The notes below the pieces were generated by a model that had not been told where the DNA came from, made no database searches, and worked only from the letters and a program-made list of their open reading frames with translations. A DNA stretch of 63,308 nt, the filler included, from Corallochytrium limacisporum Hawaii (Eukaryota > Protista > Pluriformea): the NCBI GenBank assembly GCA_002811645.1. It is 5 parts of 5 records of this genome, joined end to end, with 100 filler letters (N's around TTAATTAATTAA, not from the genome) between each part and the next. Parts side by side here need not be neighbours in the genome. Positions count along the whole stretch, not along the records: positions 1 to 25,023 come from PDIP01000136.1; 4 more parts are not named here. One strand, written 5' to 3'. A program made the translations under genes and the position numbers. Numbering within the stretch: the first letter of the stretch is position 1; the number at the start of each line of letters is the position of its first letter. Shown here piece by piece: positions 1-11,700 of this stretch.

Positions 1-367
1 AGGGGGGGGGGGGGACTGGGCTTTGGAGCACCGGTTGCCTCGTTCCCTCGCTCCCTTCGTCCCTCTCTCGCCGAGCCTCAGTATTCCCGCTCTTGGAGAA
101 GAGGGGGGACCCGCCCGCACGGCAGGTCCCACCTACCCACCCGGAGACCGCCTGGCCCGCACACGGAACCACGGAGAATAGGGAGACCGTGTGTGACTAG
201 CTTCCGACGCGTGCTGCTATTTCAATCGTGTAGTTTCCAGGTGCGCAACGGTTCAGTATGATCCGATTCTTCAAACCAGCGACATACGTGTGTGTAGTGG
301 GAACCTGGAAGTCGTTCTAGCGAGGCATGGGAAGCGGGAACAGGTACCGCCATGGTATGAGTTCAAT

Positions 368-2533
368 ATGACAGTACTGAAGCATCTTTGGCTGACCGCT
401 GGCCGGCGAACACCTCCTGTGTTTCGCAAGTATCATAGCATACAGTTCAATTTGACACAAATCGGTCGCTCTGTGGTACCTCACTGCTGTGCTATTCTCC
501 ACTCATACACAACGGACGATTCTGAAGACCGATTTAGAAGACTTGGGGCCAACTGGGGTGAAGAATTTGAGGAGAGTCCACGACGCACAAGAAATGAATT
601 GTACGGCCGATTTGGCTCAGGTCATGTTGAAGGAGAATACCAATACGGATACAGCACGCAAAATGAGCGCCCGGTTGAGGACCTCCCAGTCTATACCTCA
701 AAGGAGATTGCGGAGTTTCAAGAGTTACTTCAAATGCGTAAATTCGTTGAAATCTTGCAATTGTATCGGGTTAGAAGATCCAAGCCTCATGTTACGGTGT
801 TAAATTGCGTTTTGCAGGCATGCCTTGCGTTAGATAGAGATTATTTTGCGTCAAAGGCTTTCAATGACTTCCTTAGAGAAGGTGATCGCCGAGAGTTAGA
901 CACAAACACAGGAAACCTGTTCATTACCATGCTGGCAAACGGTGCTGAAGCGCGCGCAGACCGGTATCCTTACTGGACAGGATCAAGGGCATGTGTGCTT
1001 GTTGAATATCAGTCACTCTTGGACGATCCAAGCGAGAGACATGCCATGTGCAGATTCTCCGGTCAGGAGATGCTGACCCAGTGCTATCCGGATACCGAAA
1101 CCATCCCGGACTCATCTGTAGTGGGGACAGTACTCAATGTTCAAACCGTCGGAACATTGGAGAAGCCCATACATGACAGTTTGCAGGGAGAACTTATGAG
1201 CTTTGAGCTGGATGAATTTCTCAAGCACAACCAGGACGCAGTGTTTGTTCCCAACAGTGAAACCGTCGGTGAGCTTGTACGTCTCGCATACGCTTTCTGT
1301 CACTTCAATCCAGGACGTACACTGGAGGATCTACATCAGATTTTGAACGACATACGGTTGCTCGTACCACAAGCACTGGTCGAAACAGGCAAGATCTGCA
1401 CCTATATGATTCGTCTCGGCGCTGCCGCGGAAGACAAGGGTATAGTAATGAAATATCTAGAGACCGCACAGAGGAAGGGTGTTCAACTACCTCCAGAGAC
1501 GTTCCAAGACGTGCTCATGATGTCTGACCGAAAGTCAGACGACGGACTTGCATTGACATGCGTGACTGGCCTCCTACAGAGATCACTCTTTCCCGACGAA
1601 GGGACAGTTACGCGTATTCTGAACTTGGCAGCAAAGCATTCCAACATCCAACTGGCCATGGGAACAATCACACTGCTTGGTGTAAGTGGCCGAGAATTGA
1701 GCCGACCGATGCAGGACAGTATCATTGAGACGTATCTCGGTGTCGGTGACTTTGACAGTGCCATCTATGAACTAGACATTCTGGAGAAATCTCATGAAGA
1801 AGAAATGCCCCTGCACCTGTACTCTGACATGATTCACAAGATTGATCCCAAGCTCGCGCCCAAGTTCTTCGAAGCTGTTGGCAATATTGCCCACAGAAGA
1901 CTGACGCGCTGCTATGTTGCATTCAACATGACTGTTGCGCTGGAGGCATGGGCCGACCCAAAGAAGGGACGTCAGATAGTCAAGGAAGGGGGAAACAAGA
2001 ATCTGAACATCTCTGCAGATGGTGATACGCTTGCCGGCTACTTGATGGGATATGTCCACTCCCAAGTCCCTAAGCCAACGAGCGAGGATCTCAACTTTGG
2101 CCTTCTGCCAAGTAGCTTCTACGACAAGGATCTCAACAGGCTCAAAACAGAAGTTCTGACACATGTGCATGAGCTGAATCAGGTGATTGAAACCTTATCC
2201 AGGGAAGCGGTCAGAGGCAGCGACGAGAATGCGAACACTGATAAATTGCTGAGCCGCTCTGTGAGCTCCATGGCCATAGGTAGCGCTGCGACAAATCGCA
2301 TCGATGTTGGCAGTTATGATCATATCTTTTTAGCTCTTGGCATGCTCAGCGACGAAGCCGAACGAGAAAACTTACCTTTCTACCGTGATTTTGTGCTCAT
2401 CATGGACGCTGTTGAAAAGGCAGTAGGGGTAGACCACAACCACCTAGTTCACTCTTTCCGGAACTTTGTCAAGTCTACAGGTTTGAGGATGCACACCTCA
2501 TCGGTTCTGAGCAATGAGAGCAAGTTTAGCTAA
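368..2533 (+). CDS. PPR-like helical-repeat protein, probably mitochondrial RNA-binding
   Basis: Long ORF with first ATG at 368 (track start 290 is GTG). N-terminus is Arg-rich and acid-poor. Degenerate PPR-like segments: PHVTVLNCVLQAC, DTNTGNLFITML, PDEGTVTRILNLAAKHSNIQLA. Confidence 0.55.
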   Translation: MTVLKHLWLTAGRRTPPVFRKYHSIQFNLTQIGRSVVPHCCAILHSYTTDDSEDRFRRLGANWGEEFEESPRRTRNELYGRFGSGHVEGEYQYGYSTQNERPVEDLPVYTSKEIAEFQELLQMRKFVEILQLYRVRRSKPHVTVLNCVLQACLALDRDYFASKAFNDFLREGDRRELDTNTGNLFITMLANGAEARADRYPYWTGSRACVLVEYQSLLDDPSERHAMCRFSGQEMLTQCYPDTETIPDSSVVGTVLNVQTVGTLEKPIHDSLQGELMSFELDEFLKHNQDAVFVPNSETVGELVRLAYAFCHFNPGRTLEDLHQILNDIRLLVPQALVETGKICTYMIRLGAAAEDKGIVMKYLETAQRKGVQLPPETFQDVLMMSDRKSDDGLALTCVTGLLQRSLFPDEGTVTRILNLAAKHSNIQLAMGTITLLGVSGRELSRPMQDSIIETYLGVGDFDSAIYELDILEKSHEEEMPLHLYSDMIHKIDPKLAPKFFEAVGNIAHRRLTRCYVAFNMTVALEAWADPKKGRQIVKEGGNKNLNISADGDTLAGYLMGYVHSQVPKPTSEDLNFGLLPSSFYDKDLNRLKTEVLTHVHELNQVIETLSREAVRGSDENANTDKLLSRSVSSMAIGSAATNRIDVGSYDHIFLALGMLSDEAERENLPFYRDFVLIMDAVEKAVGVDHNHLVHSFRNFVKSTGLRMHTSSVLSNESKFS

Positions 2534-2739
2534 ACCACAGTGTATTATTATACAACTAAAGAAACACATCGCAATGATACCTAGTACTTTCCCTTTGCGT
2601 GAATGGTCCACAAAGCATACACACGTAGTCGATGATCGCCCTTTGCGTTACAAAGCCTTTGTCAGATTCTCTACTTCAAGTTTTCTCTAATTTCTATTTG
2701 TGCAATTTTGAAATGTACAGTGTTAATTTGGGATTTGTA

Positions 2740-5700
2740 TTAGGCAAACCCAAAGCCCTCGTGACCCTCGCTAACTGCCTTAGTGAGCATGCTCAGGAGC
2801 TTCTCGTAGCTCTCGTACTCAGGTAAGTCAAGTTGGTTGAAGCAGGTGTGTGCCGTTGGCAGCTTTGTCGACTCGCCGGGCCGGCGTGTGATGTTGAATT
2901 TGGCTGGACCATCAAAGCCGTAAAGAGCTGCGAAACCTCCCAGCGGCACCTTGGACGTTCCCGTCACAAACTGAAGAAGCTTGGCCCGCATTTCATTATC
3001 ATAGGAGCGCAGAGCACGCCAGAACCATTCCACTTGGGGACTACGAGCCGAGTAGCCACCGGAATATACAGAGTTGACCTGCATATCATCAATGTCAATC
3101 TCCGGGGTACCACTGATCATGAGCTCAAGCTCCTGGTCGTCAAAAATGTTCACCACATGCGAGGGAAGCACATCATGGAAGCCGGCGTTGAAAGCATCGA
3201 TCTGAGGCTGGATGGCAGTCGTCATTTTCATCTGGCAAACAAGTTGCACATATTCCCGCTTGTTTTCTTCGGTCACCGCAATGTCTCCACCGTTTGGCTT
3301 CAATTCAATGACCTTGGTCTCACCGAATTCTTCCACCTCGGTAGTGAACGTCAACTCCATCACGTCCGTTATGTCATTCTCGAGAATCCACACAAGGGAG
3401 CGATGAAATTCGGGATCCAGGGCTTCCATATCATGGTACGTCACCCTCCGACCCAGCATGTGCTTGTAAAAGCTTCTTGCAAAGTGTACATCGAGCAAGT
3501 TGTTGTCGAACAACGCCTTGCCCACAGCGCGACCAATGAAGCGGAAGTAATCCAAGTGGGTAGGATTGACCCAGGACCGTTTGTCTGGCTGGTACACAGC
3601 ACTGAGCGCTGTCCTAGTGAAAAGAGCATACTGTGGGTTGAGCATCTCCTCACTAACCTTCTGGAACCACTCCCGGGTCAGACCACCGGCATCGATACCT
3701 CCTTCTTCAGCAAAAGTCACATTCAAGCGACCTCGCAAGCTTTGAGTCGTTTGCGCCATCACCTGTCTGAAGCTATCCTGGAACAGGTGAGCACGGCGTA
3801 CATGCAATCGCATTGCCTTTTTCCGGTTGGAAATCTTCTTGACCAAAATGCGGAAGATCTTACGCTTGTTGTCAAATTCAATGATGCGCGGGCTCTTCAG
3901 AACGACGTTAAGGATGCCATGCTGAAGTTGTTCCTTAATCTCAGCTGCGTTCATTTCGCCAATGATCTCATTGAGGTATGAGCGCATCTTTTCCATAATG
4001 CGAATGAACACTGTCCAATCATTAAGGACGGTCTGAACTGGTTTAGTCATACCGGTAACCACTCCACTCTGCATGAGGTTCTCAAGTTGATCACTGGCGC
4101 TCAGGTCCATTGTTCCGATACGACTTGCCATATTGTTCTGAGACTTCTCGAGATTCACATCATTCTCCATCACATGTCTCAGCTCCTCTTGAGGTGGCAG
4201 AGTTGCGAAACTCAACAACATACCCTTTGTAGCAATCTTCAACAGAGTTGGGTGCTGGGCCGCATCAGAAACAGCCTCCCATTTCTCAACCCATCCGGCA
4301 ATGGCTTCCCAAAGACTTACCAGGTTGAAGTCGTTGGCAAGACTTGCATAGTTCTTAATCTCGAACGCATGCTTCTCATCACTATGATAAGACTGCACGA
4401 AATATGTGTCTTTCAGCATGACGTTGACAATCATGCACTGTACGAGACACTGCTGCGCATTTTGGATCTCCTTTAAGAGATCAGTATCGAATGGATTTAC
4501 GTCTCCATTGGAGGCGTGTGAATTGAACCACTTCATCAACTGATCCCGGCTCGAAGACAGGTCGTTGTTGACGAGTTTAAGAATTGGATCGCGATTCCCG
4601 CGACCCTTTGCTAATTCTACTACCACTCTGGACGCAGAAAGATCCAGCGGCATGCGCAGTAAGACAGGAACAATATCCTGGAGGGTCTTTGCTGACAATG
4701 TCGGCATGACAACCATGTTCTTCACAGCTTCCGCTTCTGCCAAAGCTTCGTTGTCCTCTTTGTCCTTCGATGCGCTGGTTCCTTGAGTGCCGGTTACATC
4801 AGCAGTCTCCATCGAGTCTCCCTTGTCTTCATTGTCCTTCCCCTCTTGCTTCTCTTTCGCCTTTTCTTTGTCTTTCTGCGCACGCTCGGCGTCCTTCTCA
4901 GCCTTTGCTTTCTCCGCCTTCTCCTTTGCTTCGGCAGAGCAAGCAGCTCGAGAAATGACCAGAAGCAGACGCATAATGCGGATTTGGACCTCGAAGTATG
5001 GCCATTTGTCGACGGCGACGAGGCGCAAGAGGATGTCAAACGGAGTGACACTGCCGCTCTGGAGATCTTTCACAGTCTTGGCAAAGTCACCACCAAGCTT
5101 GCAAATCTCGTCAAGAACAGGATCATCAGAAGGGATTGAGGACTTGTTGAAATATGCAAAGTGTGTTCTGCGATGTAAGGCGAGTTGTTTTAGCAAGAAA
5201 GCAATATACACAACGCCACCGTAGTCGAAGATGACACGCTGCGATTCCTTAGGTCGAGGTCCGCTTGTCATGGCATTCAAGGAGCCTGCGAGGCAAGTGA
5301 TGAGCATGAATATTACAAACTCGCAGGATTCTTTGTTCCTCGACATGGCTAGTACCAAACCAATGTGAGGATCGACATCGTCCTGACTCTCAAGAAGGAC
5401 GCGGAAAACATTCCAAATCTCCTGATTCGTCAGCAGACGATCCTTCTCCCAACGAATCGGTTTTGGTGGTTTCTTGCGACGACGGGGAGCAGTGGCGCCT
5501 CTACCGAAAGCGCGTCGTTCCTCTAACTCGTCCTCGTCCTCTTCAGACGCCTCGTCATACTCACCTTCTCCGTTCACTTGGATGTTGGCGTCGTCTAAAG
5601 ACAGCGGTACTCGTCCATGGAGAATTTCGTATTGGATGTCGGGGGGCATGGCAGCTAAGACTTCTGGCGGAACATTGCTTGCATGAGATTCTCTCGTTGC

Positions 5701-8700
5701 CTCATTCATGCGCCGATGGTTGGCAATCACCTCTCCACGGAGATCTTCAGGCAGAGCAGCAAGGAATTCTGGGTCCAGCCCCTCAGGGATTTCTTCCTCC
5801 ATATCTGTGGTTTGTTCACCGACTTCACCATCCTCACCGTCAGCGGCATTGTCTTCATCCTCTGGCTCCTCATTCGCCTCTGCAGCCGCAACACTGGGCT
5901 GACTACCCGTATCCGCTGCATCAGCGCGAGCCCCTGGCTCCGAAATTTCCATAGATGACGCGGCCAGGGTGGTGCCAGAGGTATTTGGCAATTCTTCTTG
6001 AGGAGCCCCCTGGGCCTCCACAGATTGTCCAGCACCCTCCTCTACATCCATCCCTCCATTTTCACCGCCACCATCAGCCTTAGACGTCTGTGCTGTACCA
6101 TCGTCGAGCTGCTTTGGCTCCGACTCTTGCTTGGCATCCTCCTTCTGCCGGGACACCATACTCTTGATGACCTCCTCGTTGCTGTAAATAAACAACTTTA
6201 CTTCGAGGATGGTTGCCTGGTTCAGGTCGACTCCGGCAGTCCATCTCCACGGCCAACGCAGGTCACTCATAACCAGCTGTTGCAGAGGGCGCAACAGCTC
6301 TGGAATGCTCAGAACCATGGATTTCGACAGCAGATCGCGTGAAACCACCACTTTATCCAACGGAAGCAGTTGCTGATTCTCGTTCGGTCTAACTGCGCAA
6401 TCACTCTCTTGGAAATGACGCTCCATCAGAGACAAGAGTTCCCCTTGTAGTTGCTCTTCCCCTCTACTGGAAACATGCCATTCAAGGAATTGCATGTCGA
6501 TTATCGTTGAGGCATAGCGGCGTAAACGCATGTCAGACTCCATAGTCTGGAAAGTCTTTGGAGTGATACAGCATGTCAGTGGAGCTCGGTCGTCAAATGA
6601 GGAGTACAGGAACACAGTCCACGCGTTCGTGTTCTCAACGTACAGGGGATTGTACCAGCTGTGGATCACCTCACGATCCCAGTAGCACTGACGATTAATC
6701 ACTTGAGCGCCCGTGACAAAATTCATCATACGCCTATTCATAGGCATCCGATTGTCCAAATACATTTGCAAATCGTTTTCGTCACTGCTCATGTCATCAA
6801 CAACATCTCCGGTGTACCAGACACCAAGGCCTCTGTCTCCAGGAACGTTGACATTGGCGCCGCGAAGCCCAAAATTGCCGGCTCCAGCTTCACCTACACC
6901 GGTATCGTTGTATATGTCGTCGTCGTCATCTGAGGAGGACTCAGGGGCACCTCCGTCGTCTTCGCCGTCGTCGACAATTTCCATCCCCTCCGGCAGTAAG
7001 TGAGACATATACGCGTCGGCGCCCTCTATAATGTGTTGATCCTCTTCCCAATCTTCACCGCCTTCAGCGTCGGAATCCACATAATCCTCATCGTACTCAG
7101 AGGCGCTAGCTTCATCGCGATCGCCAGAGTCATCTACTGGTATCGGTTGAAGGACTCCACCACCATCTCCATTATCAACTACTTCAAACTCAACGCTCCC
7201 TGAGCCGAAATCGTCGGAATCAACTTCCTCGTCTTCCACGTCGTCATCCTCTTCTTCTTCATCTTCGTCCTCATCATCCATTTCGTCGTCGATCCCATCA
7301 TTTTCGTGGATCTCTTCCATCATATCGTCATCGGATTCAATAATCCCAAATTCGTTGGCACTTTCGTCGTCCTCCATCTCCGAATCATATAGGGCTGACT
7401 CGTGTTCCCAAACGTTCATTTCGGTGAAGTTCTGTGTATCTTCCTTGTCAAAAAGATAACGAGAGCCATTTGTCACAAATGCTGCCAGCATCTTGATTGT
7501 TCTATGACCCATGTAAGTTCGCTTGTTTAAGGAACGAAGAATCCGCAGAACCGCAGGAAGGAAACGCTTCCTCAGCATCATTCGGGCATGCTTGCTGTGC
7601 ACCTTGTGAATTTTGTTCGGCTCAAATTGACGAAGTAGAAGATGAGTAGAGCTCTCCCGTTGACCACGGGGCGCATTTGGGCCACAAAGCCAGAGCAGCA
7701 CCTCCGAAAGGCTCTCAATGCACTTACCAGCGGCATTACCGACCGACATTTCCACAGATTTGGTCAGAATGTACAGACCCGCAGAGGCTACCAATGCATC
7801 TTCCAGTGTGTAACGTGACTTCCCACAGTCGTACATAAAAAATGCTGTGCTGTGCAAGTCCGAGGGACGGGTCTTCTTCATCTTACCCGGGGTCGCGCGT
7901 CCTGGAGTTGTGCTAGTGATTGGATTACCAAAGTTGAAATCAAGTTCATGAGAAGCCAGTGTCACAGCCGGAGAATTATGGTACAAAAGGGCAAACAGCT
8001 CCACGAGACTCACATACTGCCAACGGAGTTCCTTGTCACATCCCGAAACAGGTGTGCCTGCACGCAACCTGGCAAAGGCGTCGGTCATCATACGTACTAG
8101 GTGCCTTCCAGTTTCACTGGCAAGGCCATTGACTACTCTGTTCTGGTAGATTTCCAGATCCTTCAGCTTCAATTCGGCTCCATAGTACGATTTCGCCTTT
8201 TCAAAATGCAAAACTTCAAAATGTTCCTTCAGCTGTGTCATGGTCTCTTCCGGATACATCCTCATGACATTGTAGAAAAGATTCATCGCTTCGGCCATAT
8301 TTTTGGAGGACCGGCTAGGATTCCAAGTGAAGAGGATCTCAGTCAAAACAAAGTCTTGTTCTATAGGCAGGAGCCTGAGCACACTCATGAGTACACGACG
8401 GGCAGGTGTGAGATATGAATCGATAGCCATCGCTAAAATGCACTCCATGATCTCCACATTGTCTTGCAAGAGAGGCCTTGTGTCGGCATCATCGAGCATC
8501 CAACGCAAGGACAGCCCAACTTGAAGAGTGACTTCCTTTGAGCAACAACGATTAAGCATCATGTCGACGATGTTCCTGGCATACATCAGCTTTACCTCTC
8601 TCATCTGTGCTGTAAGTCCAGCTTCCATCTTCACCCGAGCAGAGACAACCCCAAACATAACCGCATTGCCAGCTGTTAGGTAGGAGTTGATTGCGCCTGC

Positions 8701-11700
8701 ATCCTGTGCTGGCGATGAAATGCTTGCGTTCAGGGCATTCTGCAGCTTTGCAAGTGCAGTTGGAGCCATCTTGCACAGAGGCTCAAAGTCGGACTTTTCG
8801 GTGTCATCCATGTGGGCTAAAATGTCATGCGCAAAGCTTACAGGTGCATCATAAGCCTTCGCAATCATCCTCGCCTCCAATGGTCCAAACACTTCACCAT
8901 CCAACAGTTCTTGAAACTTGCTGTAATGTTCCTTCGGCGCAGTTTCTCCCTCGCGCACAAAGGCCTGTTTAGAATGCCAAATTGTATGGTACAATACGGA
9001 AATGTGCCGCCCAATTTCGCCCTGTTCTCTCTGAGATGCTGTGCTGGCTCTGATGGAATGAAGCAAGTGCCAGTCCTCACCCTCTGCAAGCTGAACAACT
9101 ACTTTAAGAAGAGCCACAGCAGCATCACGTGCGTTTTTGTCCACTCCAACCGTGGACGAATCTTTTCGTTGTACGGTATCAATATCTTCTCCAGATTCTG
9201 CCATGGCCTCATCATTAGCGTCTCCATGATTGCTGTCTTCAGCATTACCTTCTTCCGCAGCATCATCTTCAGGTCCTTGAGCAGCACCATCGCCATCCTG
9301 CTCATTTTCTTCCCCGGTTTGCTCCCTGCGATCAAGCAGCAGATTAGTTGCCTTCTCGGTGTCAAAATCTGCCTCGCGCAGGGCGTTCAAAATGGTCTCT
9401 TCTGTGAAACCCATAGCAACAATTGGTTCAAGAAGTTTCAACAGCTCCTTTTCCCTGAATTCAATCGATTGAATCCAGTCACGCCAGATGTGGATATTGC
9501 TGATCACATCTGAAGCGAGAGCGATGACTGCATTCCTAGCATGCACGTGGTGCCCTTCGGTATCTTTGACTAAACCGAGAAGGTACCTCGCCAGCTGTGC
9601 GTACTCTTGCACAGAATTGAGGTCAACAGCGCTGTGGTCACGATTGTAACGAGCGTAGACCTCGGATAGGATTTTGACAACTTGCTGTGTTGCATGAGCA
9701 ACAAACAAATCGGACACCTTCTCGCACTTTGCCAGGGCTGTCACCTCCCAGAACACTTGCAGAGTCTCAACAATACTATTCATCAATTGTTGGGAGCGGT
9801 CACTGGCATTTTGATCTGATTCCTGCGTTGTTGTTGTGTATCGTGACGAGCGGTGCACGTTTGCAGCAATCATTTCTAGGATCAGGGATACTTTTCGTGG
9901 ATTCTGCTGCAGTTGGGATAGGGTCGTCCGAGTCAAGTCCAGAATCACAAGCGATTCACGCCAGATGTAGTTGGTTCTCAAGTGGTACAAGAGACGAATC
10001 ATACAAGACATTACCAGCGGCACCACAGCCGGACGCACTTCGTCCTTGATCTGAAACAGAGCAGCCTCATCCTCCATCTTCGGATCTCGCTTTCTGTAGA
10101 ACAGCTTCGGTCCCTCATCGCTGAGCTCGCCCTTTGTCAGTGCCATGATCTTGCTCAAAGACGAATCCATTCGCTCCAAGTCTGTGCCATGCCTGATAAG
10201 GAAATTCACAGCGTAGCAAACAAGGCGGTACTGATCATCCATGTAATCTTCACCTTCCACCTCCGACGAATCAGAGTTGCTAGCTCCGTATCTTGCATGA
10301 GCGCCCAACGTGTCGATGTAGTAGCAAAGACGCAGCATTTGCTCTACAGCACCAACAAATCGATTCGCAGTGCCGTCAATTTCCTCAGCCTTCAAGGCTT
10401 CCACTGTGTTTCGCAGCTCTCCCGCCAAAAGCTTACCAATTGGTGCATACTGCATCGACCGAATGGTCCGCATGTCTTTATACTGCACCCCAACCAGAAC
10501 ACCGTTCCGAATGTCCCAGACAAGCTTGTGATGTAACACAATGTTCAGAGTCCGTTCCCAGATGGTGTTGACCTTCTCTTGCAAATCCTTAGCGTCTTGA
10601 GGATCACTCTCTCGCACTTGTGTGTGAACACTGAGTCGCATGCCATACACGAATCTACGGAAATTGCGGATCATGTCCACCAGTGGTATTGCATTTGGCA
10701 TGATATTCTCCGCAGGTGATGCAATGTAGTACTCGTACATTGCGTACGGCTTACTTCGGGAGAGCGCAGTGCGCATAGCAAGCAAACGTTGCTTGTCCAC
10801 ATTCTGCTCAGCAACGTACACATACGGCAGCACCTCCTCCTTTGGCTTGAGGTCCAAGTACCCCTCCAGAGCGGACAAAACCCGAAGGAGGCCTTGTGCA
10901 ATAAGGGGCTTCAAATCCGGATATTGCTGTCCCAGATCAGCCAGGGAGCGACCCAGTCGCTTTAGGTCCAAGGCCTGAGACATGAGGGTCCCAGTATATT
11001 CTGGATCAATAAAGATGTCGAAGAACCTATGCAACGCCTGCGAGTGTTTGAATTGCTCCAGCATTTCCTTGTTCAAACACAAATTATTGTAGACTAGACA
11101 CAAAGCGTCAACCACTTCAGCTTCCTTTGGAAGCTTTTCACACAAGAATTCATGCAATTGGGTCGGCAGACGCGTAGAATCATCAATGCCACGGGACAAG
11201 GACGGGTTGTCCTTCAAAAAGTTGCTCAAAATGAACAGAGCATATCCCCGGATCAAAGACAGATCATGCCGTAGAATACCAAACTTCCCTTTCAGAATGT
11301 TGGCAAGAATTTTGCCAAAGTCACCCTCTATGTGTCTTTGTGTCATTGATTGGAAGACTGCATGACCAAGGACAGTCTCAAGACAGTCTAAGCATAGCAC
11401 AGTCAGGTACGATTTGTAAACAAGGGGGGTCAAGTATGTCTCCGGGTCATCGTCGGCGAAGTTATCCGGTACCAAATCCATGTTAGCGGGTTCGGCATCC
11501 TCGATCGGCATGTAGCTTTCGACGATGGCAATAAATCGCTTGCTGATAACCTCAGGATCAACGAGATTCTCTTCCCGGTTCGTGCTACTGAAACGACCAG
11601 ACAGTAACTCATGTACAACCGCCTGTAGACTGTAAATGGTTTCACAAAGCAAAGGGATACCTTGCGGCTCTGTCAAAGCCTTAATCTGAATCATCCTAGT